A stretch of 64,000 nt of DNA from an uncultured Bacilli bacterium (GTDB taxonomy: Bacteria; Bacillota_I; Bacilli_A; RF39; UBA660): positions 18,228-82,227 of the forward strand of contig CANRPK010000001.1 in assembly GCA_947632455.1 (NCBI GenBank), given 5' to 3'. Under the pieces are notes generated by a model. The model searched no databases and had not been told where the DNA came from. It was given only the letters and a program-made list of their open reading frames with translations. Numbering within the stretch: position 1 is the first letter of the stretch; every line of letters starts with the position of its first letter. This document shows positions 51,247-61,843 of this stretch, piece after piece. The translations under genes and the position numbers were made by a program.

Positions 51247-52974
51247 TTAATCTCGTACTTTGATATGTAATTCTCTTAATTGCTTTTCATCAAGTTCATT
51301 TGGACTTCCCATTAGTAAATCCATGCCTGAAACATTAGGTGGAAATACTTGAACTTCTCTTAAATTTTCTTCATCACTTAAAAGCATAATCATTCGATCA
51401 ATTCCAGGCGCCATTCCGGCATGAGGTGGCGCTCCATATTGAAAAGCAGTATATAAACTTCTAAATTTATTTTTAATAACTTCCTCATCATAACCTGCAA
51501 TGGCAAAAGCTTTTTTCATAATTTCAATATCATGATTTCTGACTGCTCCACTAGCCATTTCATTTCCATTACATACAAAATCATATTGGTACGCTACGAT
51601 ATTTTCAATATCTCCATCTTCTAAAGCTTTTAATCCTCCTTTAGGCATACTAAATGGATTATGTCCAAAATCCCATTTTTGTTCTTCTTCATTATATTCA
51701 TACATTGGAAAATCATTAATAATACAAAACTCAAAACAATCTTTTTTAATTAAATCTAATTCTTCACCTAATTTATTTCTTAATATTCCTGCTAGTTTAG
51801 CTGGATCTTTTTGATCAGCAATTAAGAATATTACATTATTATTTTTTAAACTTAATTTCTCTTTTAAAGCCTTTTGTTCTTCTTCACTTAAAAACTTAAT
51901 AATTGATCCCTTAAACTCTTCTTCCATTAACTTTAAGTAAGCTAATCCTAAAGCACCTTTTTCTTTCATAAATTCTTCTAATTTTTTATACCAAGAATTA
52001 GGTTTATCACATAAATCTACTTTAATAGCCTTTACTCTTTTACCTTTAAAGCCATTAAATTCACTATTTATAAATATATCACTTACATCCTCAATTATTA
52101 AAGGATTTCTTAAATCAGGTTTATCAGATCCATATTTAGCCATCGCTTCTCGATAAGGAATTCTTCTAAATGGTGGCTTAGAAACTATTTTATCAGAAAA
52201 ATGAGTAAAAATATCATAAAAAACTTTTTCGCCTACTGCATAAACATCTTCTTCCGTAGCAAAACTCATTTCCAAATCTAATTGATAAAATTCTAAAGTA
52301 CGATCAGCTCTACAATCCTCATCTCTAAAACATGGAGCTATTTGAAAATAGCGATTAAAACCTGATACCATAAGTAATTGTTTATATATTTGTGGTGCTT
52401 GAGGTAAAGCATAAAATTTTCCTTTATAATTACGCGAAGGAATTACAAAGTCTCTAGCTCCTTCAGGACTTGATGCTGTAATAATTGGAGTTGTTATTTC
52501 TGTAAAACCTAAATCTTTCATTGTTTTTCTAATAAAATCAATAACATCCACTCTAAGTTTAATTTTATCATGAACTAAAGGATTTCTTAAATCTAAGTAA
52601 CGATATTTAAGTCTTGTCTCTTCACTAGCTTCTTTACTTCTATTAATTTCAAAAGGTAAAATATTTAAGCATTTTCCTAATATTTCTATACTTTCTAAAA
52701 CTATTTCGATCTCTCCAGTAGGCATATTAGGATTAATATCACTTCTTACCCTTACTTCTCCGACAATCGTCGCCGTACTTTCTCTTGTTATATCTTCAAA
52801 AGTTTTTACATCTTCACTTATAATTTGAACTAAACCAGTTTCATCTCTTAAAGTAACGAATACTAATCCCCCTAAATTTCTAATAGAATTTATCCAACCC
52901 GCTACTCTAACTTTCTTTCCGGCATCTTCTCTTCTTAATTCTCCACAATAATGATCACGATATATATTTTCCAT
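51247..52974 (-). CDS. aspS: aspartate--tRNA ligase
   Basis: 575 aa; class II synthetase with the bacterial AspRS insertion domain; motif 3 GMAPGIDRM. Confidence 0.95.
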   Translation of the reverse strand: MENIYRDHYCGELRREDAGKKVRVAGWINSIRNLGGLVFVTLRDETGLVQIISEDVKTFEDITRESTATIVGEVRVRSDINPNMPTGEIEIVLESIEILGKCLNILPFEINRSKEASEETRLKYRYLDLRNPLVHDKIKLRVDVIDFIRKTMKDLGFTEITTPIITASSPEGARDFVIPSRNYKGKFYALPQAPQIYKQLLMVSGFNRYFQIAPCFRDEDCRADRTLEFYQLDLEMSFATEEDVYAVGEKVFYDIFTHFSDKIVSKPPFRRIPYREAMAKYGSDKPDLRNPLIIEDVSDIFINSEFNGFKGKRVKAIKVDLCDKPNSWYKKLEEFMKEKGALGLAYLKLMEEEFKGSIIKFLSEEEQKALKEKLSLKNNNVIFLIADQKDPAKLAGILRNKLGEELDLIKKDCFEFCIINDFPMYEYNEEEQKWDFGHNPFSMPKGGLKALEDGDIENIVAYQYDFVCNGNEMASGAVRNHDIEIMKKAFAIAGYDEEVIKNKFRSLYTAFQYGAPPHAGMAPGIDRMIMLLSDEENLREVQVFPPNVSGMDLLMGSPNELDEKQLRELHIKVRD

Positions 52975-52982
52975 AATTCCTC

Positions 52983-54248
52983 CTACACATTACTAATAAT
53001 GTAATCTAATATTTCATTTTCATCAACTTTTGTCTCTTCATGTGTTAAATTATCTTTAACCGTTATAATACCTCTTTGTAAATCTTCACTATTAAGTAAT
53101 ATTAATAATCTGGCATTTAACCTATCAGCTTGTTTAAATTGAGCTTTTAAACTTCTATTTAACGTATCAATTTCACATTTAATTTCACTTAAACGAATAT
53201 CTTGAGCTAAAGTTATAGCTTTTAATTTTTCTTCTTCATTTACCGCGGTAATATAAACATCAAGATTATTCTCAATAGTCTTATCTTTATTTAATTCTTT
53301 TAAAATTAATATTAATCGATCAATACCACAAGCAAAACCTACACAAGGTGTAGATGGTCCATCTAATTGTTCTACTAAACTATTATAACGCCCACCAGCC
53401 CCTAAAGTATTAGCATTACCTAATTCTTCCATATTACTAACAAACTCAAAAACTGTATGATTATAATAATCTAAGCCTCTAACTAAATTATCATCTAATT
53501 CATAGTCAATATCTAAATAACCTAAATATTCTAAAACTTTAGCAAATCTTTCTTTACTTTCTAAATTATAATAATCTTTTATTTTTGGTGCATTCTTTAA
53601 AACTTCATTATCTTTATCTACTTTACAATCTAATATTCTTAAAGGATTAGTTTTAAACCTTTTTTGACAATCTTCACATAAAGTATCAATATGTGGTTCC
53701 AAATAATCTTTTAAGGCATCCCTATATCTATCTCTTGTTTCTTTATCACCTAAAGAATTGATTTTCACAGTAATATCTTCAATTCCCATTTCTTCCATAG
53801 CTCTATAAGCTAAAGAAATAACTTCAGCATCCTGCATTGCATCATCACTACCTAAAACTTCCACCCCAAATTGTGATAATTCACGATATCTTCCAGCTTG
53901 TGGTCTTTCATAACGATACATCGTACCACTATAATATAATTTAATTGGTTGATTAACATCTCCATACATTTTATTCTCAATATAGGCTCTAACTACTCCC
54001 GCAGTTCCTTCTGGTCTTAAAGTTAAATCTCGATCGCCTCTATCTTTAAAATCATAAGTTTCCTTTGTAACAATATCACTAGTTTCTCCTACACTTCGAT
54101 GAAATAAATTACTCTCCTCAAAAATTGGTGTTCTAACATAATTATAATTATATAATTCACTAATAGTGGTAAAAACATTATTAATATAATTATAATATTT
54201 AGCATCTTCTCCATAAATATCATAGGTTCCTTTTGGTCTTGTTATCAT
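52983..54248 (-). CDS. hisS: histidine--tRNA ligase
   Basis: 421 aa; class II motifs; canonical hisS-aspS pairing. Confidence 0.95.
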   Translation of the reverse strand: MITRPKGTYDIYGEDAKYYNYINNVFTTISELYNYNYVRTPIFEESNLFHRSVGETSDIVTKETYDFKDRGDRDLTLRPEGTAGVVRAYIENKMYGDVNQPIKLYYSGTMYRYERPQAGRYRELSQFGVEVLGSDDAMQDAEVISLAYRAMEEMGIEDITVKINSLGDKETRDRYRDALKDYLEPHIDTLCEDCQKRFKTNPLRILDCKVDKDNEVLKNAPKIKDYYNLESKERFAKVLEYLGYLDIDYELDDNLVRGLDYYNHTVFEFVSNMEELGNANTLGAGGRYNSLVEQLDGPSTPCVGFACGIDRLILILKELNKDKTIENNLDVYITAVNEEEKLKAITLAQDIRLSEIKCEIDTLNRSLKAQFKQADRLNARLLILLNSEDLQRGIITVKDNLTHEETKVDENEILDYIISNV

Positions 54249-54261
54249 AATTTTCCTCCTT

Positions 54262-54445
54262 TAAAATAAAAAAACTTAGTATCTTGTAAGGACGCAAAAA
54301 CTTGCGCGGTGCCACCTTACTTTACTAAGTACGCTCTAAATTTTATCGCATATTATGCGTTTTCTAATTTTGAAAGTTGTCTTTTCAGTTAATATTATTT
54401 AGACCTTTCCACCCTCTAGTCCTCTCTTTAAAACAATAATTAACT
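54262..54445 (-). promoter_or_regulatory. T-box riboswitch leader of the hisS-aspS-asnS-gatCAB operon
   Basis: The minus-strand RNA contains AGAGAGG (stem I AG-box-like) and the T-box core AAGGUGGCACCGCG. A terminator helix CUUAGUA..GUAAGG / CCUUAC..UACUAAG followed by a U7 run lies directly upstream of the hisS ribosome-binding site. Confidence 0.7.
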
Positions 54446-54510
54446 TACTTTTCTTTCTTAGAAAAATATTACATAAATATTTTATTATAATTTTTAATCT
54501 AAGTCAAGTT

Positions 54511-55092
54511 TTATCTATAAGAACGTTGTCTAATTTGCATATCAGTTTTTAAATTAAAATCTTGTATTTTTCTTCTCAATTCTCTTTCATAATTAATAAT
54601 AAAACTATTACCCAATAAATATAAATCTGCTTCTTTTTTATTTTCTTGTATTTTTTCTAAAACTGCTTGATAAATTTTGGAAATCATAATATTATTTAAA
54701 AACATCATTTTAACTTCTTCTCTATCATTTTCTACCTCCAGAATGTTTTTACCTAATAAACTATCATCATTCGTTGCTTTTATAAATCCAAATTCATCTA
54801 TTAAAACTCTTCCTCTAATTAAATTAATTGTTAAACATTTATTAAAAGTTAAATAATTCTTTTCAAATAAACATAAATATTCTAAATCTTCTTTACTTAA
54901 AGCTAATAAAGATACATCATCATCTTCTTTAGCTTTCAAAAATTTAGCTTTAACTATAATTGTTAACTTATCTACAAGGCGTCTTAAAAAAGCTATATCT
55001 TCATTATCAAAGCCAAAATATTTTTCTGCAAAAAAACAAACTTCCTCTAATTTTTTATTATTTAATTTATTCATATTCATTCTCCTTAACAT
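54511..55092 (-). CDS. hypothetical protein
   Basis: 193-aa ORF between dtd and the hisS leader; no recognisable motif. Confidence 0.5.
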   Translation of the reverse strand: MLRRMNMNKLNNKKLEEVCFFAEKYFGFDNEDIAFLRRLVDKLTIIVKAKFLKAKEDDDVSLLALSKEDLEYLCLFEKNYLTFNKCLTINLIRGRVLIDEFGFIKATNDDSLLGKNILEVENDREEVKMMFLNNIMISKIYQAVLEKIQENKKEADLYLLGNSFIINYERELRRKIQDFNLKTDMQIRQRSYR

Positions 55093-55204
55093 TTATCTTT
55101 TTAAAATCAGATAAACTGCATTATAACAAATATTATATGAATAGTAAATAATAAAATGCCTGCTAAAAATGTAATATTTTTACTCTTTTAATCGAATTAT
55201 TTAT

Positions 55205-55639
55205 TTAAAACTCTAAACTTATCGTAATAGGTCCATCATTATTAATATTAACTAACATCTCTGCCCCAAATATTCCAGTTTCAACAGGTACATATTCTCT
55301 TAATTTTTTATTAAATAAATCATAAAGTTTTATTGCTTCTTCTCCATTTAACGCTTCCACATAAGAAGGCCTATTTCCTTTTTTAGTATTAGCATATAAA
55401 GTAAATTGACTAATTGATAAAACCTCTCCTTGTGTCTCTAAAATACTCCGATTCATAACTCCATTTTCATCATCAAAAATTCGTAAGTTAATAATCTTCT
55501 TAATCATTTTATCAATTATTTGCTCATTATCATTCTCTGTAAAACCTACTAAAATAACTAAACCTTTATTTATTTTTCCAACAACTTTGTTATCTACTTT
55601 TACATAACTATCTTTACTTCTTTGAATAATTGTCCGCAT
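55205..55639 (-). CDS. dtd: D-aminoacyl-tRNA deacylase
   Basis: 144 aa; SQFTL motif and C-terminal GPxT; it follows relA as in Bacillus. Confidence 0.9.
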   Translation of the reverse strand: MRTIIQRSKDSYVKVDNKVVGKINKGLVILVGFTENDNEQIIDKMIKKIINLRIFDDENGVMNRSILETQGEVLSISQFTLYANTKKGNRPSYVEALNGEEAIKLYDLFNKKLREYVPVETGIFGAEMLVNINNDGPITISLEF

Positions 55640-57786
55640 TATCTACTCCTTTTAACACTAATTACAAATGGTAAATTTTCTAAATCTAATATAATTTTAT
55701 CTAATTCTTCTTTATTACCAACTTTTAATGTTATTTCATATAAAAAACTATTTTCAAATTCTTTAGTTTTTAAAGAATCCAAATATATATTTCTTTTAGT
55801 AAATGCCGCGATTATATCTGTAAGAAAATTTTTACTATTTTCTGTTTCAATAAATAGATCAGTTAAATAAACTGCTTCACTATCTAAATTCCATGATACA
55901 TCAATAAGTCTTTCAGTTTCTCCTAAGATATTTGCGCAATCACTTTTATGTACCGTAATTCCTTGACCTTTAGTTATAAATCCTGTTATTTTATCTCCTC
56001 TTACTGGTTTACAGCATTTAGCAATATTAACTAAAATTTCATCCATACCCGCTACAATAATATCATTTTTATTATTAATTTTATTTCCTGAACGATTATT
56101 TACTTTTTCTAATAAAGCATCTTCAATATTATCTTTGTTGTCTAATAAACCAATAATAAAACCAGCCGTATATCTAAGAGTACCAATCGATAAATAAATA
56201 TCTTCTAAATCTTTTAATTTTAAATCTTTGGTAATTTTCTTAACATTAGCTTCACTCATTACATCATTAAAAGGTAATTTTCTCTTTCGTAATTCTTTTT
56301 CAAGTATATCTTTACCTTTTTCTACCATAAAGCTACGTTCTTGTTTGCTAAAATAAGTTCTAATCTTATTCTTAGCTTGAGTTGTTTTTACAAAATTAAG
56401 CCAATCTTTATTAGGTGTAGCATTACTATTAGTTTTAATTTTTACTATATCGCTATCAGCTAATTCATAATCAAGTGGAACTATTACATCATTAACAATA
56501 GCCCCCACAGTTCGATCACCAACATCAGAATGTATTCGATATGCAAAATCTATTGGCGTAGCCCCTCTAGGAAGTTCCATAACATCCCCTTTTGGCGTAA
56601 AGACATAAATCATCTCAGCAAGCATATCATTTGTTACTTCATTAGCAAATGAAGCATCATCATCATCTTCATGCGTTTCAATAATATTTCGAAACATCTC
56701 TAATTTTTGTTCCATAATACTTTGAACTTTTTTAGTGCCATGCTCTTTATAAGACCAATGTGAAGCCATACCTTTTTCAGCAAATTCATCCATTTCATAA
56801 GTTCTAAACTGAATTTCAAATAAATGACCATTTACTCCAAATACTGTTGTATGTAAACTTTGATACATATTTGCCTTAGGCATAGCAATATAATCTTTAA
56901 ACCTTTTAGGAATTGGTCTGTATTTTGAATGAACAAGTCCCACGGCCGTATAACAATCACTTACTTCATCTAATATTACTCTTAAAGCTAAAATATCGTA
57001 AATTTCACTCCATTTTTTACCTGAAGAAAGTTTATTATAAATTGAATGGACACTTTTTACTCGACCCTTTATTTTAAACTTTAATCCATGTTCTTGTAAA
57101 ATACTGACAATGCTATCTTGCATTTCTTGAAGATCATCATTTAATTCTTTTCTAGTTTCATTTAATTTCTCTAAAATATCATTATAAACATCCGGTTTAG
57201 TATAATATAAACATAAATCTTCAAGTTCACTTTTTATTGAGTTAATTCCTAATCTATGAGCAATAGGTATTAAAACTGCTTGTGTTTCATAAGCTTTGTC
57301 TTTTTGTTTTTTCTTATCTATTGCATAATTAGTCCGCATATTATGTAGTCTATCCGCTAACTTGATAAATAACACTCTAACATCTGTTGCTAGGCCAACT
57401 AGAACTTTTCTTAAATATATGGCACTATACTCTGAATCATCTACTAATTCCAACTTATTTATTTTACTTACGGAATCTACTATAGTCGCTACTTCTTCTC
57501 CAAACTTATCACTAATTTCACTAAGTGGTGTTTCCCCATTGTTCATTACTTCATGCAATAAAGCCGCGACAATCGTCGTCGTATCAACATTTAAGCTATT
57601 GACAATTTCTGTAACATGTAAAGGATGAGTTATAAAATCTTCGCCATTTAATCTCTTCATTCCTTTATGTTTTTGATATGCAAAATTATAAGCTTCTTTT
57701 ATTTTTAATAAATCTTCTGTATCTTTAATATTTTCTTTAATTTTATTATATACTTCTTCAAAAGTTATCGTTTCTTCAACTTTCAT
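55639..57786 (-). CDS. relA: bifunctional (p)ppGpp synthetase/hydrolase RelA/SpoT family
   Basis: 715 aa; HD hydrolase domain, synthetase domain, TGS and ACT-like C-terminal domains. Confidence 0.95.
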   Translation of the reverse strand: MKVEETITFEEVYNKIKENIKDTEDLLKIKEAYNFAYQKHKGMKRLNGEDFITHPLHVTEIVNSLNVDTTTIVAALLHEVMNNGETPLSEISDKFGEEVATIVDSVSKINKLELVDDSEYSAIYLRKVLVGLATDVRVLFIKLADRLHNMRTNYAIDKKKQKDKAYETQAVLIPIAHRLGINSIKSELEDLCLYYTKPDVYNDILEKLNETRKELNDDLQEMQDSIVSILQEHGLKFKIKGRVKSVHSIYNKLSSGKKWSEIYDILALRVILDEVSDCYTAVGLVHSKYRPIPKRFKDYIAMPKANMYQSLHTTVFGVNGHLFEIQFRTYEMDEFAEKGMASHWSYKEHGTKKVQSIMEQKLEMFRNIIETHEDDDDASFANEVTNDMLAEMIYVFTPKGDVMELPRGATPIDFAYRIHSDVGDRTVGAIVNDVIVPLDYELADSDIVKIKTNSNATPNKDWLNFVKTTQAKNKIRTYFSKQERSFMVEKGKDILEKELRKRKLPFNDVMSEANVKKITKDLKLKDLEDIYLSIGTLRYTAGFIIGLLDNKDNIEDALLEKVNNRSGNKINNKNDIIVAGMDEILVNIAKCCKPVRGDKITGFITKGQGITVHKSDCANILGETERLIDVSWNLDSEAVYLTDLFIETENSKNFLTDIIAAFTKRNIYLDSLKTKEFENSFLYEITLKVGNKEELDKIILDLENLPFVISVKRSR

Positions 57787-58067
57787 TATATCGCCTCTTT
57801 ATCTATGCCTCTCCGATATCCTTTCAAAATATTTTGAGTATAAATATCTAACTCATCTATCTTAACATCAAATATATCATTAACCATACTAGCTAAATCT
57901 AAATCTACTGCTTGAAGCCATTTATTTTCTTTTAAAAAATTCCAAATATCTTCTTCATGAATATATTTTAAACCCATCTTATTTAATTCTCTTGCTTTGC
58001 TTCTTAAAGCTGGTAAAAGCCTAACATATAAATCTTCCAAACTTCTAAACTTAATTTCATCATTCAT
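57786..58067 (-). CDS. small protein, possibly a ComN/YrzD-like post-transcriptional regulator
   Basis: 93 aa; its position divergent from a spoVB-like gene mirrors comN in Bacillus. The sequence assignment is tentative. Confidence 0.35.
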   Translation of the reverse strand: MNDEIKFRSLEDLYVRLLPALRSKARELNKMGLKYIHEEDIWNFLKENKWLQAVDLDLASMVNDIFDVKIDELDIYTQNILKGYRRGIDKEAI

Positions 58068-58171
58068 ACTAATGCCCTTTCTAAAGAATAATATCTCAAA
58101 AATTCATAAAATGAGTTAATAAAATATATATATTATTATATCTTATAATTACCATTTTTGAAAGAGGCTAT

Positions 58172-59473
58172 ATGAAAAAGAATAAATTTTTAAAAGCAAC
58201 CTTTATTTTACTTATTGGTGGTTTTTTTACTAAAATACTCGGTTTTATAATTCGTATTATTTACACTAGAATGGTAGGTAATGATGCCATAAATCTTTAT
58301 TCCTTAGTTATGCCTACCTATTCTCTTTTATTATCTTTGGCAACTCTTGCTCTACCAATCGTTATTTCCAAATTAGTTAGTGAAGCTAAAATTCCTTCTT
58401 TAAAAATTATATCTAATGCTACTTTTATTACTCTAATATTAAATACATTAGTTATTATAATTATTTATTTTGTTAAAGATTTTATTGCTATAAATCTCTT
58501 ACATGATGCTAGAACTAGTATTCTTATATTTGCTATGGCTCTTACTTTTCCCTTCATTTCTATATCAAGTATTTTAAAAGGTTACTTTTATGGTAAACAA
58601 AAAATGCTTCCCCATACTATATCAAATATAATTGAGCAAATAGTTCGTTTAACTTTAATTTATATTGTTATTCCCCCTTTAGTAAATAAAGGTATAACCT
58701 ATGCTGTATTAGGCTTAATTCTTTTAAGTATTGCCTCCGAAACTGCTTCTATAATTGTCTTTTTAATATGTCTTCCTAAAAAATTTAAAATTAATCCTAA
58801 ATATTTAAAACCTGATCTTAAAACCACTAAAGAAATATTAAATATGTCTATTCCCACTGTTTCATCTCGTTTAATTGGTAATATTGGCTTTTTTTTAGAA
58901 CCTATCATTTTAACTAATACACTATTATTTTCGGGTTATAGTATGTCTTATATTTTGCAAGAATATGGTTCCTATAATGCTTACTCCATTTCTCTTTTAG
59001 CTATGCCTTCATTTTTTATTCAAGCTATATCTTCCGCTTTACTTCCTGAAATATCCCATTACTATTACCAAAAAGATTTAAAAATGGTAAAACATCGTTA
59101 TAAACAAGCTTTAATCTTATCCTTGATTACTGGTCTTATTTTTTCTTCTTTCATCTTTATTTTCCGCAACTTTCTTTTAACTACTTTATATAATACTACT
59201 AATGGTTCTAATTTCATTAAAATTTTAGCTCCATTTTTTGTCTTATTTTACTTAGAAGGTCCTATGCAAAGTACTCTCCAAGCTTTAGGTCAAGCTAAAA
59301 AAGCCATGTATATAACTACCATCGCTATCATAACCAAACTAATAACTATGACTTTGCTTTCTTTAATTCATATAGGTATGTATTCTTTAGTTATATCTGA
59401 AATAATAGATATATTTGTCGTCGTAATTATAAGTGAGATCACTATCAATAAAACATTAAAAAAGAGAATTTAA
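58172..59473 (+). CDS. MOP-superfamily flippase (SpoVB/MurJ/Wzx-like polysaccharide biosynthesis protein)
   Basis: 433 aa; about 12 TM helices; GAAAGAGG ribosome-binding site. Confidence 0.7.
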   Translation: MKKNKFLKATFILLIGGFFTKILGFIIRIIYTRMVGNDAINLYSLVMPTYSLLLSLATLALPIVISKLVSEAKIPSLKIISNATFITLILNTLVIIIIYFVKDFIAINLLHDARTSILIFAMALTFPFISISSILKGYFYGKQKMLPHTISNIIEQIVRLTLIYIVIPPLVNKGITYAVLGLILLSIASETASIIVFLICLPKKFKINPKYLKPDLKTTKEILNMSIPTVSSRLIGNIGFFLEPIILTNTLLFSGYSMSYILQEYGSYNAYSISLLAMPSFFIQAISSALLPEISHYYYQKDLKMVKHRYKQALILSLITGLIFSSFIFIFRNFLLTTLYNTTNGSNFIKILAPFFVLFYLEGPMQSTLQALGQAKKAMYITTIAIITKLITMTLLSLIHIGMYSLVISEIIDIFVVVIISEITINKTLKKRI

Positions 59474-60064
59474 TTATTCTCCATCTGCAAAATTTACATC
59501 AATCTTTCCTGTTAAAGATATATCTGGCCCCATATTATGATTTTGAGCTTTACCAGTATCTACAAAATTAAGTTCTAATTCATAATTAAACTCTTCTTTT
59601 TCACTTACAGTTTGAGTTCGAACAGCTAACTCAATTTCTCCTGTTTGTTCTGTTAAATCCCCACTTGCAATTATTGCCCCATTCTCTTTTAAAGTATATT
59701 TTAATTCCTCAGCATTTAAATCACAATCATTTTTAATATCATCATGATTACTTGATGTACACTTTTTAAAGGTATTTTCAGAAATATTAAATTTTATGGC
59801 ATATATAACTGTTTTTTGTTTACTTCCTGGTTCTACAGTCACTTTAAAATTTTTGGTACCTTTACGTCCTGGATAAACATCTGATAAGGTAAAATTAGCA
59901 TCTTCTCCAGCATCATACGTTACTTTTAATAATTTAGCCATCTTAACATTAGTTGATGCTCCCTCTCCTGTAATATTAATCCCCACCATAAAATAACCAA
60001 ATGATACTCCAACTACTACCACAATCAAGATTAAAACTACATACAATAACTTTTCATTCTTCAT
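59474..60064 (-). CDS. hypothetical membrane-anchored extracytoplasmic protein
   Basis: 196 aa; N-terminal TM helix, then a beta-rich domain. Confidence 0.5.
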   Translation of the reverse strand: MKNEKLLYVVLILIVVVVGVSFGYFMVGINITGEGASTNVKMAKLLKVTYDAGEDANFTLSDVYPGRKGTKNFKVTVEPGSKQKTVIYAIKFNISENTFKKCTSSNHDDIKNDCDLNAEELKYTLKENGAIIASGDLTEQTGEIELAVRTQTVSEKEEFNYELELNFVDTGKAQNHNMGPDISLTGKIDVNFADGE

Positions 60065-60231
60065 TTAAACCATCCTTTACTTTTCTATTTTATATCATAA
60101 TATTAAATTTTTCATTACAATCGACAAAACATGTCAAAAATATTTTTTGCACTATATATTGTAATACTATTAGTTATATATATAATAACGTATAATTAGA
60201 AATTATTCAATATATTTTAGAAAAAATTTAT

Positions 60232-60257
60232 AAAAAAAAGAAATACTTATGTATTTC
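60232..60257 (-). terminator. intrinsic terminator after the FtsW/RodA-family gene
   Basis: GAAATAC-TTAT-GTATTTC hairpin; an A8 run on the plus strand gives a U8 run on the minus-strand RNA. Confidence 0.55.
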
Positions 60258-60260
60258 CAA

Positions 60261-61433
60261 TTAATTAGTTATATTAGCCATTTCTCGTTTCATTTTTATA
60301 TTTTTATTTTCAATATTAACTCTTTGTACTACAAAAAGCATTAAAATAACATTTACTGTAAACGATCCTCCATAACTTAGAAACGGAAGAGGAACTCCTG
60401 TAAGTGGAATTAATGCTAAAACCCCTAATAGATTAACTAAAATATGTAAAAGTAGATACAAAAATACTCCATAAGCTAAAATACTAAGTCGCAAGTTTTC
60501 AGCATTTCTCGCAGTCTTTAATATCCGCCAAAGCATAATCATATAACCAATAATTACTACTACTCCCCCAACTAAACCCCATTCTTCAACAATAATAGGA
60601 AATATAAAATCTGTATGACTTTCCGGTAAATATAAATATTTCTGACTACTATTTCCAAGCCCAACTCCAAATAATCCCCCATTATGAATAGCAATAAAAC
60701 CATTACAAACTTGATAACCAGTATCTTGTGTATACCTTTTACAAGGTTCTCTAAATTCAAACCTTTGTAATTGCCGAGAATTAAATATTTTAGCTCCACT
60801 ATATAAAAGAGCAATACCACCTATTCCTAAAGCAATAAGTCCTATTTTAAATACCTTAACCATATTTTTTTTAATAAAAGGTAAACTAATAAAAATTAAA
60901 AATAGTATTCCACAAATAATTAATGCAGTTCCTAAATCTGGTTGAAGTGCAATTAAGAATACGGCAATTAAAGAAACCGCTAACGGTATTAAATAAGCAT
61001 ATATATTACTAGAATTAAGTTTATCTAATTTTTCATAAGCAACAGCTAAAAAGATTATAATTATAGATTTAGCAAACTCACTAGGTTGTAAAGCAAATGG
61101 TCCAATATCATACCAACTGCGAGCATTATTAGTAATTCTACCATAAACGAATAATCCTATTAATGCAATAATAATTCCTAACATTGCTACATATGAAAAA
61201 TATTTATACTTCGAAGTAGGAAATCTAATTACAAAGACAAAACCCAGAAAAAACGCTGCTAAAACAAATATAGCTTGTCTAATAAAAAAGTGATATTGCG
61301 CTACATTATAACGTAAAACAGTTGAAACACTAGAAGCTGAAAATATCATGATTAAACCAAAAATACTAAATAAAATCATGATAAGTAATAACCATTTATC
61401 CATCTTAGCTAGTGTTTTCTTCATGTTACTCAC
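60261..61433 (-). CDS. SEDS-family peptidoglycan glycosyltransferase (FtsW/RodA/SpoVE)
   Basis: 390 aa; about 10 TM helices; conserved SEDS C-terminal region (GGSF...). Confidence 0.85.
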   Translation of the reverse strand: MSNMKKTLAKMDKWLLLIMILFSIFGLIMIFSASSVSTVLRYNVAQYHFFIRQAIFVLAAFFLGFVFVIRFPTSKYKYFSYVAMLGIIIALIGLFVYGRITNNARSWYDIGPFALQPSEFAKSIIIIFLAVAYEKLDKLNSSNIYAYLIPLAVSLIAVFLIALQPDLGTALIICGILFLIFISLPFIKKNMVKVFKIGLIALGIGGIALLYSGAKIFNSRQLQRFEFREPCKRYTQDTGYQVCNGFIAIHNGGLFGVGLGNSSQKYLYLPESHTDFIFPIIVEEWGLVGGVVVIIGYMIMLWRILKTARNAENLRLSILAYGVFLYLLLHILVNLLGVLALIPLTGVPLPFLSYGGSFTVNVILMLFVVQRVNIENKNIKMKREMANITN

Positions 61434-61548
61434 CCATCATAATTGTATCATACTCTAAATTTAATTTAAATAAATTTTAAAAATTAGACTTTTTTAATGT
61501 CAAAAAGATGTTTAGATGAGTAAACTATAATAGATACATAAAGGAGGT

Positions 61549-61764
61549 ATGAATATGTATTACTATGGAAATAATGGTTACTATGGTGGTGGCTATGGTG
61601 GATATAGTGGTTGCCCTTGTGGTGGCTATGGCAATAATAATGGATATGCCGGTTATACAAGTGGATATGGTTTAGGCGCAGCTATATGGATAGTATTATT
61701 CATCTTGCTTGTTATCATAATTGGGGCCGGTTGGAACTGGGGCTCAAACAATAATAATAACTAG
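61549..61764 (+). CDS. YjcZ-like Gly/Tyr-rich small membrane protein (sporulation-associated family)
   Basis: 71 aa; GYGG/GNNG repeats followed by the hydrophobic segment AAIWIVLFILLVIIIGAGW; strong AAAGGAGG ribosome-binding site. Confidence 0.6.
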   Translation: MNMYYYGNNGYYGGGYGGYSGCPCGGYGNNNGYAGYTSGYGLGAAIWIVLFILLVIIIGAGWNWGSNNNNN

Positions 61765-61843
61765 GAAGAAAACTCATCTTCCTTTTTATTTGAAAAAATA
61801 TAACATTTATGATAAAATATAACTGCTTTAGGGGTGAAGCCAT

